DNA of 64,000 nt from Dendrobates tinctorius (GCF_039654945.1 NW_027361870.1:17050001-17114000), one strand, 5' to 3'. Positions 50,501-63,788 are shown, numbered from the stretch's first letter. The notes: generated from the letters alone by a model not told the origin. Numbers and translations are program-made.

Positions 50501-53500
50501 GACATAGTAACGCTGCTTCAATAAGACGACAGGCGACATAGTGACGCTGCTTCAATAAGACGACAGGTGACATAGTGACGCTGCTTCAATAAGATGGCAG
50601 GCGACATAGTGACGCTGCTTCAGTAAGATGACAGGCGACATAGTGACGCTGCTTCAGTAAGACGACAGGCGACATAGTGACGCTGCTTCAATAAGACGAC
50701 AGGTGACATAGTGACGCTGCTTCAGTAAGATGACAGGCGACATAGTGACGCTGCTTCAATAAGACGACAGGTGACATAGTGACGCTGCTTCAATAAGACG
50801 ACAGGTGACATAGTGACGCTGCTTCAATAAGACGACAGGTGACATAGTGACGCTGCTTCAGTAAGATGACAGGTGACATAGTGACGCTGCTTCAGTAAGA
50901 TGACAGGCGACATAGTAACGCTGCTTCAGTAAGACGACAGGCGACATAGTGACGCTGCTTCAGTAAGATGACAGGTGACATAGTGACGCTGCTTCAATAA
51001 GACGACAGGTGACATAGTGACGCTGCTTCAGTAAGACGACAGGTGACATAGTAACGCTGCTTCAATAAGACGACAGGTGACATAGTAACGCTGCTTCAAT
51101 AAGACGACAGGCGACATAGTGACGCTGCTTCAATAAGACGACAGGTGACATAGTGACGCTGCTTCAGTAAGACGACAGGTGACATAGTAACGCTGCTTCA
51201 ATAAAACGACAGGTGACATAGTGACGCTGCTTCAGTAAGACGACAGGTGACATAGTAACGCTGCTTCAATAAGACGACAGGCGACATAGTGACGCTGCTT
51301 CAATAAGATGGCAGGCGACATAGTGACACTGCTTCAGTAAGATGACAGGCGACATAGTGACGCTGCTTCAGTAAGACGACAGGCGACATAGTGACGCTGC
51401 TTCAATAAGACGACAGGTGACATACGCTGCTTCAATAAGACGACAGGTGACATAGTGACGCTGCTTCAGTAAGACGACAGGTGACATAGTGACGCTGCTT
51501 CAATAAGACGACAGGTGACATAGTGACGCTGCTTCAATAAGATGGCAGGCGACATAGTGACACTGCTTCAGTAAGATGACAGGCGACATAGTGACGCTGC
51601 TTCAGTAAGACGACAGGCGACATAGTGACGCTGCTTCAATAAGACGACAGGTGACATACGCTGCTTCAATAAGACGACAGGTGACATAGTGACGCTGCTT
51701 CAATAAGACGACAGGTGACATAGTGACGCTGCTTCAATAAGACGACAGGTGACATAGTGACGCTGCTTCAGTAAGATGACAGGTGACATAGTGACGCTGC
51801 TTCAGTAAGATGACAGGCGACATAGTAACGCTGCTTCAGTAAGACGACAGGCGACATAGTGACGCTGCTTCAGTAAGATGACAGGTGACATAGTGACGCT
51901 GCTTCAATAAGACGACAGGTGACATAGTGACGCTGCTTCAGTAAGACGACAGGTGACATAGTAACGCTGCTTCAATAAGACGACAGGTGACATAGTAACG
52001 CTGCTTCAATAAGATGACAGGCGACATAGTGACGCTGCTTCAATAAGACGACAGGCGACATAGTGACGCTGCTTCAGTAAGACGACAGGTGACATAGTGA
52101 CGCTGCTTCAATAAGACGACAGGTGACATAGTGACGCTGCTTCAATAAGACGACAGGTGACATAGTGACGCTGCTTCAATAAGACGACAGGTGACATAGT
52201 GACGCTGCTTCAGTAAGATGACAGGTGACATAGTGACGCTGCTTCAGTAAGATGACAGGCGACATAGTAACGCTGCTTCAGTAAGACGACAGGCGACATA
52301 GTGACGCTGCTTCAGTAAGATGACAGGTGACATAGTGACGCTGCTTCAATAAGACGACAGGTGACATAGTGACGCTGCTTCAGTAAGACGACAGGTGACA
52401 TAGTAACGCTGCTTCAATAAGACGACAGGTGACATAGTGACGCTGCTTCAGTAAGACGACAGGTGACATAGTAACGCTGCTTCAATAAGACGACAGGCGA
52501 CATAGTGACGCTGCTTCAATAAGACGACAGGTGACATAGTGACGCTGCTTCAGTAAGACGACAGGTGACATAGTGACGCTGCTTCAGTAAGATGACAGGC
52601 GACATAGTGACGCTGCTTCAGTAAGATGACAGGCGACATAGTGACACTGCTTCAGTAAGATGACAGGTGACATAGTGACGCTGCTTCAGTAAGATGACAG
52701 GTGACATAGTGACGCTGCTTCAGTAAGATGACAGGCGACATAGTGAAGCTGCTTCATTAAGATGACAGGCGACATAGTGACGCTGCTTCATTAAGATGAC
52801 AGGCGACATAGTGATGCTGCTTCAATAAGACGACAAGTGACAGTGACGCTGCTTCAGTAAGATGACAGGCGACATAGTGACGCTGCTTCAGTAAGACGAC
52901 AGGCGACATAGTGACGCTGCTTCAGTAAGATGACAGGCGACATAGTGACGCTGCTTCAGTAAGACGACAGGCGACATAGTGACGCTGCTTCAATAAGACG
53001 ACAGGTGACATAGTGACGCTGCTTCAGTAAGATGACAGGCGACATAGTGACGCTGCTTCAATAAGACGACAGGCGACATAGTGACACTGCTTCAGTAAGA
53101 CGACAGGCGACATAGTGACGCTGCTTCAGTAAGACGACAGGCGACATAGTGACGCTGCTTCAATAAGACGACAGGTGACATAGTGACGCTGCTTCAGTAA
53201 GATGACAGGCGACATAGTGACGCTGCTTCAATAAGACGACAGGCGACATAGTGACGCTGCTTCAATAAGACGACAGGTGACATAGTGACGCTGCTTCAGT
53301 AAGACGACAGGCGACATAGTGACGCTGCTTCAGTAAGACGACAGGCGACATAGTGACGCTGCTTCAGTAAGATGACAGGCGACATAGTGACGCTGCTTCA
53401 ATAAGACGACAGGTGACATAGTGACGCTGCTTCAGTAAGATGACAGGCGACATAGTGACGCTGCTTCAGTAAGACGACAGGTGACATAGTGACGCTGCTT

Positions 53501-55522
53501 CAATAAGATGGCAGGTGACATAGTGACACTGCTTCAGTAAGATGACAGGTGACATAGTAACGCTGCTTCAATAAGACGACAGGTGACATAGTGACGCTGC
53601 TTCAGTAAGATGACAGGTGACATAGTAACGCTGCTTCAATAAGACGACAGGCGACATAGTGACGCTGCTTCAATAAGACGACAGGTGACATAGTGACGCT
53701 GCTTCAATAAGATGGCAGGCGACATAGTGACGCTGCTTCAGTAAGATGACAGGCGACATAGTGACGCTGCTTCAGTAAGACGACAGGCGACATAGTGACG
53801 CTGCTTCAATAAGACGACAGGTGACATAGTGACGCTGCTTCAGTAAGATGACAGGCGACATAGTGACGCTGCTTCAATAAGACGACAGGTGACATAGTGA
53901 CGCTGCTTCAATAAGACGACAGGTGACATAGTGACGCTGCTTCAATAAGACGACAGGTGACATAGTGACGCTGCTTCAGTAAGATGACAGGTGACATAGT
54001 GACGCTGCTTCAGTAAGATGACAGGCGACATAGTAACGCTGCTTCAGTAAGACGACAGGCGACATAGTGACGCTGCTTCAGTAAGATGACAGGTGACATA
54101 GTGACGCTGCTTCAATAAGACGACAGGTGACATAGTGACGCTGCTTCAGTAAGACGACAGGTGACATAGTAACGCTGCTTCAATAAGACGACAGGTGACA
54201 TAGTAACGCTGCTTCAATAAGACGACAGGCGACATAGTGACGCTGCTTCAATAAGACGACAGGTGACATAGTGACGCTGCTTCAGTAAGACGACAGGTGA
54301 CATAGTAACGCTGCTTCAATAAAACGACAGGTGACATAGTGACGCTGCTTCAGTAAGACGACAGGTGACATAGTAACGCTGCTTCAATAAGACGACAGGC
54401 GACATAGTGACGCTGCTTCAATAAGATGGCAGGCGACATAGTGACACTGCTTCAGTAAGATGACAGGCGACATAGTGACGCTGCTTCAGTAAGACGACAG
54501 GCGACATAGTGACGCTGCTTCAATAAGACGACAGGTGACATACGCTGCTTCAATAAGACGACAGGTGACATAGTGACGCTGCTTCAGTAAGACGACAGGT
54601 GACATAGTGACGCTGCTTCAATAAGACGACAGGTGACATAGTGACGCTGCTTCAATAAGATGGCAGGCGACATAGTGACACTGCTTCAGTAAGATGACAG
54701 GCGACATAGTGACGCTGCTTCAGTAAGACGACAGGCGACATAGTGACGCTGCTTCAATAAGACGACAGGTGACATACGCTGCTTCAATAAGACGACAGGT
54801 GACATAGTGACGCTGCTTCAATAAGACGACAGGTGACATAGTGACGCTGCTTCAATAAGACGACAGGTGACATAGTGACGCTGCTTCAGTAAGATGACAG
54901 GTGACATAGTGACGCTGCTTCAGTAAGATGACAGGCGACATAGTAACGCTGCTTCAGTAAGACGACAGGCGACATAGTGACGCTGCTTCAGTAAGATGAC
55001 AGGTGACATAGTGACGCTGCTTCAATAAGACGACAGGTGACATAGTGACGCTGCTTCAGTAAGACGACAGGTGACATAGTAACGCTGCTTCAATAAGACG
55101 ACAGGTGACATAGTAACGCTGCTTCAATAAGATGACAGGCGACATAGTGACGCTGCTTCAATAAGACGACAGGCGACATAGTGACGCTGCTTCAGTAAGA
55201 CGACAGGTGACATAGTGACGCTGCTTCAATAAGACGACAGGTGACATAGTGACGCTGCTTCAATAAGACGACAGGTGACATAGTGACGCTGCTTCAATAA
55301 GACGACAGGTGACATAGTGACGCTGCTTCAGTAAGATGACAGGTGACATAGTGACGCTGCTTCAGTAAGATGACAGGCGACATAGTAACGCTGCTTCAGT
55401 AAGACGACAGGCGACATAGTGACGCTGCTTCAATAAGACGACAGGTGACATAGTGACGCTGCTTCAGTAAGACGACAGGTGACATAGTAACGCTGCTTCA
55501 ATAAGACGACAGGTGACATAGT
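47519..55522. repeat. 8-kb satellite, 34-bp unit GACATAGTGACGCTGCTTCA(G/A)TAAGA(T/C)GACAGG(C/T), about 235 copies
   Basis: Direct tandem array with a 3118-bp internal duplication. Confidence 0.99.
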
Positions 55523-55789
55523 TTATGTTGCTACCCCCCCCCCCCCCCCACACACACACACACAAATCGTGACCATAGCACCAGGGTTTGTCTGCACCAG
55601 ACATTACACAGATACACCACAGGTCTGACACTGACTCCATTTACACAAGACAAATATACTTTTGTATTTTTACTACAGTTGGCTTGGAAATCTGGTATTG
55701 GCTTTGACTGATCATCTACCAATCTGAAAAAAATAATACCAAGATTTCCAGACATTTGTACAAAATCTAAATAATTTATTGAATCAGGA

Positions 55790-56071
55790 GTGAAAGGAGA
55801 GGCAGAGATTTCCAGATTACACAGCGTTTGCCGCCTCCATGTTTTTGTAGCCCGTTTCCTTCTCGTCGTTTTCCCCTCTAATAAAGTAGCGGTTACAATA
55901 TCAACCAATGGGCGCTCACGTATCATGGAATGTTACAAAACACAAGTAAGAGTCGCGCTGCTATTGGTGGAAGGTTGGCAGCGGGATTACAGGCGCAGAA
56001 GGTGACCTGAGCGCGGTGTTTCCGGTTCTGGACCTCCTGCGCCGCAGCCGGTTGTTGTGTGTACGGTACAG
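55790..56071 (+). promoter_or_regulatory. mkks: Promoter and non-coding exon 1 of the mkks transcript
   Basis: CpG-rich; CCAAT at 55905-55909, ATTGG at 55963-55967, ETS-like TTCCGG near 56020; strong donor CAG|GTGAGG after 56071. Confidence 0.65.
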
Positions 56072-56880
56072 GTGAGGCTGAGGAGCGGGGAGAGGTGACG
56101 TAACGTGTTACACTCAATGGGAACCTGTAGCCGAGCACTAATAATGGGGGTGTCGGTGTCACTGGTGTGGAAAGTAGTAGCCTAGAACTCACTGCAAATG
56201 TAGCACTGCAGCTGCGCAAGCGTCAGGGGTGACAATGAAGCCCAACAGCTGGGAACACAACCAAGGTAGAAGAGGGATTACACCTAAACGTGCAGGTGTG
56301 CAGGTCTGGTTGCTACGGGCAACAGCTCTGTTTTTGGCAGGAGTCTTGATTAGGGGCCCCAGAGAAGTCTGGATTCTGTTACCGAACCCAAACTGGATTC
56401 GAAGATGTGGTCCTGGTACCAGAACTGTTCCCAAACTTCAGCCAGAACCTGAACCCCCTTGAAAATATCGGGGACCCGAACTTCTCAGCCGGAACATTCT
56501 CTCGCTGTCTCTACACCGCACTTCCCCCAGAACGTCGAACATTGCAGCGGAGCTCCGGGAGAAGTCCGCGTTCTGCGTTTAGCATCAGACGGACACTGTC
56601 CGGTACGAACCCCAAACTTTTAAGTTTGGGTTCGCTCATCTCTAGTTACGTAGGTTGAGAAGACACCGGCCCAACGTTTCTCCACCAGTTCTAATCCAGC
56701 GTATGACCCACTATGCCATTGAGGCTGCCAAGAGGAAAGGGTCCAGTTCTTTTTTTTTTTTTTCTTAAATGTTTATCATGTATCTGTGGTTCTGACCTGT
56801 TACTGTAAAGATCCCTTTCCTATAGAGATGCTGGAATCGCCTTTCCTCCACACGTAACAAATGTGCGCTAATAATTTTAA

Positions 56881-58752
56881 CCCCTTACTGCCATTGGGCA
56901 CAATAGTACGTCCGATGGCAGCATCCCCGCTTTGATGACGGCTCCGGTGGTGAGCCTGCATCACAGCCGGGACATGTCAGCTGTTTTGAACAGCTGACAT
57001 GTGTCCACAATAGGCGCAGGTGGAATCGCGATCCACCGCTCCTATTAACTAGTTTAATGCCGCTGTCAAACACTCAGCCGGAAATACATGCATCACTGAC
57101 CGCCGTCACGTGATCGGAGGTCAGCGGTGCATCGGCATAACAATCAGAGGTCTCCTGGAGACCTCTATGGTTGTTGATGCCGGATTGCTATGAGCGCCCA
57201 CCCTGTGGTCGGCACTCATAGCAACGCTGTAATCCTGCTACATGTAGGCCAGGGCTGTGGAGTCGGAGTCGGTGCTCATTTTGGTGGAGTCGGAGTTGGA
57301 GTCGGTATAAAATGGACCGACTCCGACTCCTAAAATATATAATAAATTGGGTACAGTAATTCAATGCAGGATGTGCTGAATATTTTTTTATAGGAGTTTG
57401 GGAAGTTATGAAATGTCCTATAAATGACTGTTCTATTCCTGATCTAAGGCTACATTCACACACAGCGTTTTTCCTGTGTTTTTTGAGGATACGTTTTTCA
57501 GCTGCAAAAGTTGATCATCTTTTTAAAAAACTGCATCACCTGAAAGGTTTTTGAGCTCATAGATAATGTTTTCAATAGCAAAAGCAGATTAGAAATTTGC
57601 TCTATCTATATATCCATTTATCCATATCTGTCTATCCATATCGTATCTGTACCAAAAAGAATGAAAACCGGGTAGTACACAATATATATTCTGTTCTATC
57701 TAAATATCTTGATTATTGGATCATAAAAATGATTAAATGTCTGAGGTTCACATTGTACTACAATAAATTTTTCACTTAAATATAAGCAATATGTGTGGGA
57801 GTCGGAGTCGTGGAGTCGGAGTCAGAGTTGGAGTCGGAGTCGGTGTAAGGGAAATTGAGGAGTCGGAGTCGCAGGTTTGGCTTACCGACTCCACAGCCCT
57901 GATGTAGGCGATCTGCTCATCACCTATATGAGGCGATCGAGTTGTGGCCTCCCATGGAGACTATTGAAGCATGACAAAAGTAAAACAAAAAATGCTGTTA
58001 AAAGTATGAAAAAAATAAGTTTAAATCACCCCCCTTTTGCTCCATTCAAAATTGATAAAAATGAAATCAAACATTGACATATTTGGAATTACCGCGTTCA
58101 GAATCGCTCAATCTATCAGCAAAAAAAAAAAGGATTAACCCGATTGCTAAAAGGCGTAGCGGGGAAAAAAAAATCAAAACACCTGAAATACATTTCTTTG
58201 GTCGCCGCAACATTGCATTAGAATACAATAACGGGCGATCAAAAGATCATATCTGCACAAAAATGGTATCCTTAAAAACGTCATCTCAGCACACAAAAAA
58301 TAAGCCCTCACCCAACCCAAGATCATGAAAAATGGAGACACTACGGGTCTCGGAAAATAGCGCAAGTTTGTTTTTTTGTTTTTGTTGTTTTTTTTTAGCA
58401 AAGTTTGGAATTTTTTTTTCACCACAAAAAGGAACCTAGACATGTTTGGTGTCTATGAACTCGTAATGACCTGGAAAATCATAATGTCAGGTCAGTTTTA
58501 GCATTTAGTGAACCTATCAAAAAAGCCAAACAAAAAAAAACTGTGGGATTGCAATTTCACCACACTTGGAATTTTTTTCCCGTTTTCTGTTACACGACAT
58601 GGTAAAACCAATGGTGTCGTTCAAAAGTACAACTCGTCCCGCAAAAAATAAGCCCTCACATGGCCATATTGATGTAAAAATAAAAAACTTATGGCTCTGG
58701 GAAGAAGGGGAGTGAAAAACGAAAACAGAAAAAAGCTTCTGTCATTAAGGGG
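56881..58752. mobile_element. Non-autonomous piggyBac-like element in mkks intron 1
   Basis: TTAA|CCCCTTACTGCCA ... TGTCATTAAGGGG|TTAA. Confidence 0.8.
57250..57901. mobile_element. hAT MITE with a perfect 8-bp TSD
   Basis: ATGTAGGC|CAGGGCTGTGGAGTCGG ... CCGACTCCACAGCCCTG|ATGTAGGC; GGAGTC subterminal repeats. Confidence 0.92.
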
Positions 58753-58844
58753 TTAATAATAATTTGTAATTTTATAGTGCCAACATATTCCCCAGCACTT
58801 TACAATTCAGAGAGGACAATGGAGACATTACAGAATAACATATA

Positions 58845-59538
58845 CAGGTGCTTCTCACAAAATTAGAATATCATCAAAAAGTTAATTTATTTTAGTTCTT
58901 CAAAACAAAAAGTGAAACTCATATATTATATAGAGTCATTACACACAGAGTGATCTATTTCAAGTATTTCTGTTAATGTTGATGATTATGGCTTACAGCC
59001 AATGAAAACCCAAAAGTCATTAACTCAGTAAATTAGAATACTTTATAACACCAGCTTGAAAAATTATTTTAAAATCAGAAATGTTGGCCTACTGAAATGT
59101 ATGTTCAGCAAATGCACTCAATACTTGGTCGGGGCTCCTTTTACATCAATTACTGCATCAATGCGGCGCGGCATGAAGGTGATCAGCCTGTGGCACTGCT
59201 GAGGTGTTATGGAAGCCCAGGTTGCTTTGATAGCAGCCTTCAGCTCGTCTGCATTGTTGGGTCTGGTGTCTCTCATCTTCCTCTTGACAATACCCCATAG
59301 ATTCTCTATGGGGTTAAGGTCAGGCGAGTTTGCTGGCCAATCAAGCACAGTGATGCTGTTTGTAAACCAGGTACTGGTACTTTTGGCAGTGTGGACAGGT
59401 GCCAAGTCCTGCTGGAGAATGAAATTTCCATCTCCAAAAAGCTTGTCGGCAGAGGGAAGCATGAAGTGCTCTAAAATTTCCTGGTAGACGGCTGCACTGA
59501 CTTTGGTCTTGATAAAACACAGTGGACCTACACCAGCA
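58845..59538 (-). mobile_element. Truncated Tc1-like element (3' half of the transposase plus one TIR)
   Basis: TA|CAGGTGCTTCTCACAAAATTAG; encodes FILQQDLAPVH...WPANSPDLNPIENLW...GAPTKY*. Confidence 0.88.
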
Positions 59539-59738
59539 GCGCCAGAGCAAAGGGTCTGAATACTTATGACCATGTGATATTTCAGAAGAAATGTGTAGAA
59601 CAAGACAGGGAGGGGGGGAGCAGGTGAATAATCCCCGCCCAGCTGACCAGACAGCGGCAGTTTACATACATCTGAACCGATATAAAAAAGGTATTTATGC
59701 ATGAAAGGTGCGGGGTCAAGGGGAAGCAAAAGTACTAA

Positions 59739-60147
59739 GGCTGGTTTCACATTAGCGTTAAAACAACGCTGCGCACTGCGTCGGTGATCACCGCCTACTA
59801 TCGCATTTGCACGCATGCGATCGGCGCACCCTATCTTTAGCATAGGGTGCGCAGATCATGCGCTGCCAGTGTGAAAGTAGCGTGCTGCGCACTTTTGACG
59901 GTGCGCCGTGCGCGCCAAAATGCAACATGCTGCATTTCCGCGCACCGTCAAAAGTGCGCAGCACGCTACTTTCACACTGGCAGCGCATGATCTGCGCACC
60001 CTATGCTAAAGATAGGGTGCGCCGATCGCATGCGTGCAAATGCGAAAGTAGGCGGTGATCTCGGATGGGGCGGGCAGGGAGCCGGATCGGGGCGGGGCTT
60101 ACCGACGCAGTGCGCAGCGTTGTTTCAACGCTAATGTGAAACCAGCC
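59739..60147. mobile_element. Young PIF/Harbinger MITE, near-perfect fold-back
   Basis: TAA|GGCTGGTTTCACATTAGCG ... CGCTAATGTGAAACCAGCC|TAA; the inner arms 59786-59905 and 59941-60060 are almost exactly complementary. Confidence 0.9.
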
Positions 60148-61158
60148 TAAGAGAATCCTTATGTGACACACAATTGAATGATATCATTATATGATATCTC
60201 AAAAAAGGGGGGACAGATTCCCTTTAAAAGACCTTTTTAAATGGGATTTTCCAGCAGCATTTAAAAAAAAAAAATAAAGCAAACATAACTTTTTTCACCA
60301 TCACCGGGTCCGGCTCTGATTATTTGTTGCTGTTCCTAGTCTCTTATTGAGCCACTGATTGGCTGCAGCTCTGTCAGCGTGATGTCAGCTGTGCAGACAA
60401 TAACAGACACCAGAATTAGTGGCAGAGATGTTGTGCTGGACCTGGGAAGGGGGGAGTAGTGATGGGTTTATTTTTTTTATAAACAAATTGCAGCCAGGGG
60501 ACAGAGGTTTTTTCAAAATGGTAAACCCATTTAAGGAAAGTAGACTCTAAAAGCATTCATGTATTTAAAATAACAAACAGAGCAGGTACCTTCCTGACAC
60601 TTTTTTGGTCTCAATGTTTTGGCTGCAGTGGTCCATCATGTTGACAGGTCACATAACCGCTACAGCCAATCATTGAGCTTAGCAGCTGGCACAAGTAATA
60701 GCAGGTGGAGATGCGAAAAACTGTTGGGAAGAGAAAACTGCATTGTGTGCGGAATAGAAGCTGTACTGATAAGAGCAATGAGTACAGCCACATCCTGGAT
60801 GCACGCATACCTAGCGTTCAGCCTATAATAACAGGGAGGGTCAATCCCAGAAGAGAAAGTTCTGAAACTTGGATCAGGCAGCAAACAGCATTTCAGGGGT
60901 TTTGAAAGTGAATAATGGAATGAAGATTGCTGGCTGAAACTTTGCGCAACATATAACTAACATATATCAAAAACATGTTTTTCATCTCAGAGGTTTCCAT
61001 AACCTTTTAGAGGACTAAATTTGACTTATCTGTGGGCATTCTTGGTCCCGCTCGTACTCAGACATGCGTCTTTCTCCAGGCCCTGCTGTGTTATTTCCGA
61101 TTTGTAGCATTATTTTCCTTTCATTTATTTTTTGTTTTTGTGTAGATTGATCCAAGTG

Positions 61159-61344
61159 ATGGGACTAAAATCAATATGGAAGAGCTACAAAGTTTTGATT
61201 GTTATGGGGACAAGTCTTGGAGTAATACACTGGGGCTGGATTAACATGCAGTCAAACCCAATATTTCATCCTGAGGGTCAAGGTCGATTACCATCCATTT
61301 TTCGGTTTCTTTCAAGTGAAGAAACGGATCCAAAAGACAAATAA
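61159..61344 (+). CDS. 61-aa single-TM microprotein, homolog of the MKKS upstream ORF protein uMKKS1 (exon 61146-61366)
   Basis: MGLKSIWKSYKVLIVMGTSLGVIHWGWINMQSNPIFHPEGQGRLPSIFRFLSSEETDPKDK; acceptor TTTTTGTGTAG|, Kozak GTGATGG, donor TGG|GTAGGT. Aligns with recalled human uMKKS1 (..LWRDYKVLVVMVPLVGLIHLGWYRIKSSPVF..). Confidence 0.85.
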   Translation: MGLKSIWKSYKVLIVMGTSLGVIHWGWINMQSNPIFHPEGQGRLPSIFRFLSSEETDPKDK

Positions 61345-61421
61345 TGGTGTGATTGTGGTCCTTTGGGTAGGTGTCTATTCTATCCATCTGTATTTCCAGC
61401 TTTTACATACCATGCTCCAAA

Positions 61422-61484
61422 AATAAACATCAGGACATTCGTTTGCACATATTCTATGTTTAAAATTAAGAAATCTGTAATAAA
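61422..61484 (+). terminator. Two AATAAA polyadenylation signals just inside the intron after the uMKKS1 exon
   Basis: AATAAA at 61422-61427 and 61479-61484. Confidence 0.45.
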
Positions 61485-63376
61485 GCTGCATGTGCATGGC
61501 CATATTATAGCCCATTATGGACAGACTTGGAAAAAGGCACTCCTAGAGATATTTACTGAACCTGTACATACATATTAAGTTTTTTATCCTGTCAATTTAA
61601 ATATGTACAAATCGTGACATCAGCCTTATATAAGATACTATTCTCATATTTAAGCATTAGAGAGAATAGCTCCAAACATGGTGAAACCTCCTCCATACAA
61701 CTCTTATCTGGTGCATGAGGCATCAAGTCGTTCTGCTCAATTGTAAAAAAATGTTTATTATGATTTGTTTATTGAAATCCAATTGACAAATTATCTGGCT
61801 CCCAGGTCAGCTTACAAGTTGTTACCTCACTTTCACCCACTCTTTAAATGGGTTCTCCAGGAATGTAATATAACTGTCCCAGCCCCGTAACTCAGACGGC
61901 AACCCGTCCTAATCACGTGTGTCAGTCGGCAACCCGTCCTAGTCACGTGTGTCAGGACGGGCTGCAATCTGAAGAAACATTGCTCCCGAGACCTGTGTCT
62001 CAACTGACAGAGGAGCTGTATTGTAAATGCATGTTTTTCCTTGAGACCAGGAGAAGAGAAAAATCTCTACTCTGCTCACTGTGCACGTAGGACTGAGGCT
62101 CGAGAAAAAGAACTTTTGTGATCAGTTAGCTGAGGAGAAGAATTATTTTTTCTCCTGTCACAACCCTTCTCCAGTAGGTGAGCTTACAATAGAGCTCCTC
62201 TGTCACCTGAGGCACAAGTCTCAAGAGCTGTTTTTCTTCATACTACAGCATGTTCTGACATGTTACTAGGATGGGCTGCCCCCTGTTGTTGTTGATGTGC
62301 GCACTGCATCATGTAGTCTACAAGGTTACTGAGACCAGGGATTGGCTGCAGTGTTCACATGCTATAGTCATAACCTCTCGGCTGCAGCCATGACAGCGAG
62401 CCGGGCTTGAGTACCACAGCGTAATTAAGGCTGATTTTATTTTACACACAATAAAATCCTTAAAGCTGGAAGCCTCCTTTAAGACTTTTCAGAGGATTTC
62501 TCCTAACTGGATATATTACTTATTAGGGCTTCTGGACATCATAGGGCCCCCCAGCAAAGGCACATGCCTGCCAAACGGAGACCAAAAGGACGGTTGGCTT
62601 CCTTCTAGTGGATGGGAATACTGGGAAAGCTCCTGGTGTGTCCTAGACAAAGTGCACTTGCCTTTTAAGGTGCAGTCAGACGTCAATATGAATCAGACCG
62701 CAATGCCTGGACTGGCCGACACTCTTTCCGACCCGAGCATTACGGCTTCGTAGGAATATATGCAGCTGTCACGCTTGGGTCGGGAGAGCCACCGGTCAGT
62801 CTGTGCACTGCTTCCCGATTTTGATCCGATTTATACGTCCACCTGACTGCGCCCTTACTCTGCGTTTCCTATGTAGTGGCTATAATGTGCAGCTGCCTAC
62901 ATCATTCCCTCGTCATACCAGCAGATGGCTAGGGGTTTTAGCAGCAATTCTGCAGGGTGCCTCATAGTACAGAAGGGGGTTGTCCAGGTCTCAGCCTTGT
63001 AATTGTTATTCATTTAAGTTCTAGATCTCAGTAGGTACTGACATACAATATTTTTCCTTCAAGGGATCTTCCCATCTATAAAATGTATGCATATCGTTGA
63101 ATATTCCATCACTTTGATTCTTATGGATACGACCTCTGGGGCTTGCACTGATCCTCTGTGATAATTTATTACCTCAGCCCCTTTACAGTTTTCTGTGCAG
63201 AGCGGCACCTTCTATTCTAGTGAGTAGTCTGGTGTGCTGCTCTACAGAAAATCAGAGTGAAATTTCCATAGTGAAAGTCAGCATTGCAGCTTTTTATATT
63301 TTTAGAATTGTTGGGGTCCCAGAGATCAGATCTCCAGAATGGTTAATTCTAATGATCATTTTACAAATTCCTTTAA

Positions 63377-63788
63377 AGCACCACTCCAGCGTTTTTCCAC
63401 ACTGGAGTGGCGCTTTACATGTAAGCACCCTTCCCCCATTCTTATACTCATCCTCTGGTGGCTTCACCTTTTACCGATGCTGCTCCTGTCCTGCGACATC
63501 ATCTTGTGAGCTCAGCTTCTAACTGGCTGGAAGTCAGAAGCTACGTCACAGGAGCTCAATGCAAGTCTATGAGAGGGAGAATGGGGCCAGAACCAGGCGG
63601 TCATAGACTTGTATTGAAAAGTGGCCTCCGGCGTGCTCCATGAAGCACTGGAGCAGGCGGCAAGTCAATTTTTTTTGCGGGGGAGCAAAGCTGGAAAAGG
63701 AAGAAGGCAGCAGAATATATGAGGCAGGGAACTTACATTTAAAGTGCCACTCCACGATGCAATAAAAAAAAAACTCTTGAGTGGTGCT
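63377..63788. mobile_element. TTAA-target MITE (T2/Kolobok-like)
   Basis: TTAA|AGCACCACTC ... GAGTGGTGCT|TTAA. Confidence 0.75.

Noticed and set aside
47519-55522. CRISPR-like array (34-bp repeats)
   Set aside because: Units are contiguous with no unique spacers, there are no cas genes, and the context is eukaryotic.
55790-55900. Minus-strand slx4ip exon 1 next to the mkks promoter (AACATGGAGGCGG)
   Set aside because: Only weak donor sites follow, so it is not called. It remains an alternative to the 45.8-kb promoter.
61132-61158. N-terminal extension MFLCRLIQV in the ORF track
   Set aside because: It starts at a TTG in the intronic polypyrimidine tract; the real start is the ATG at 61159.
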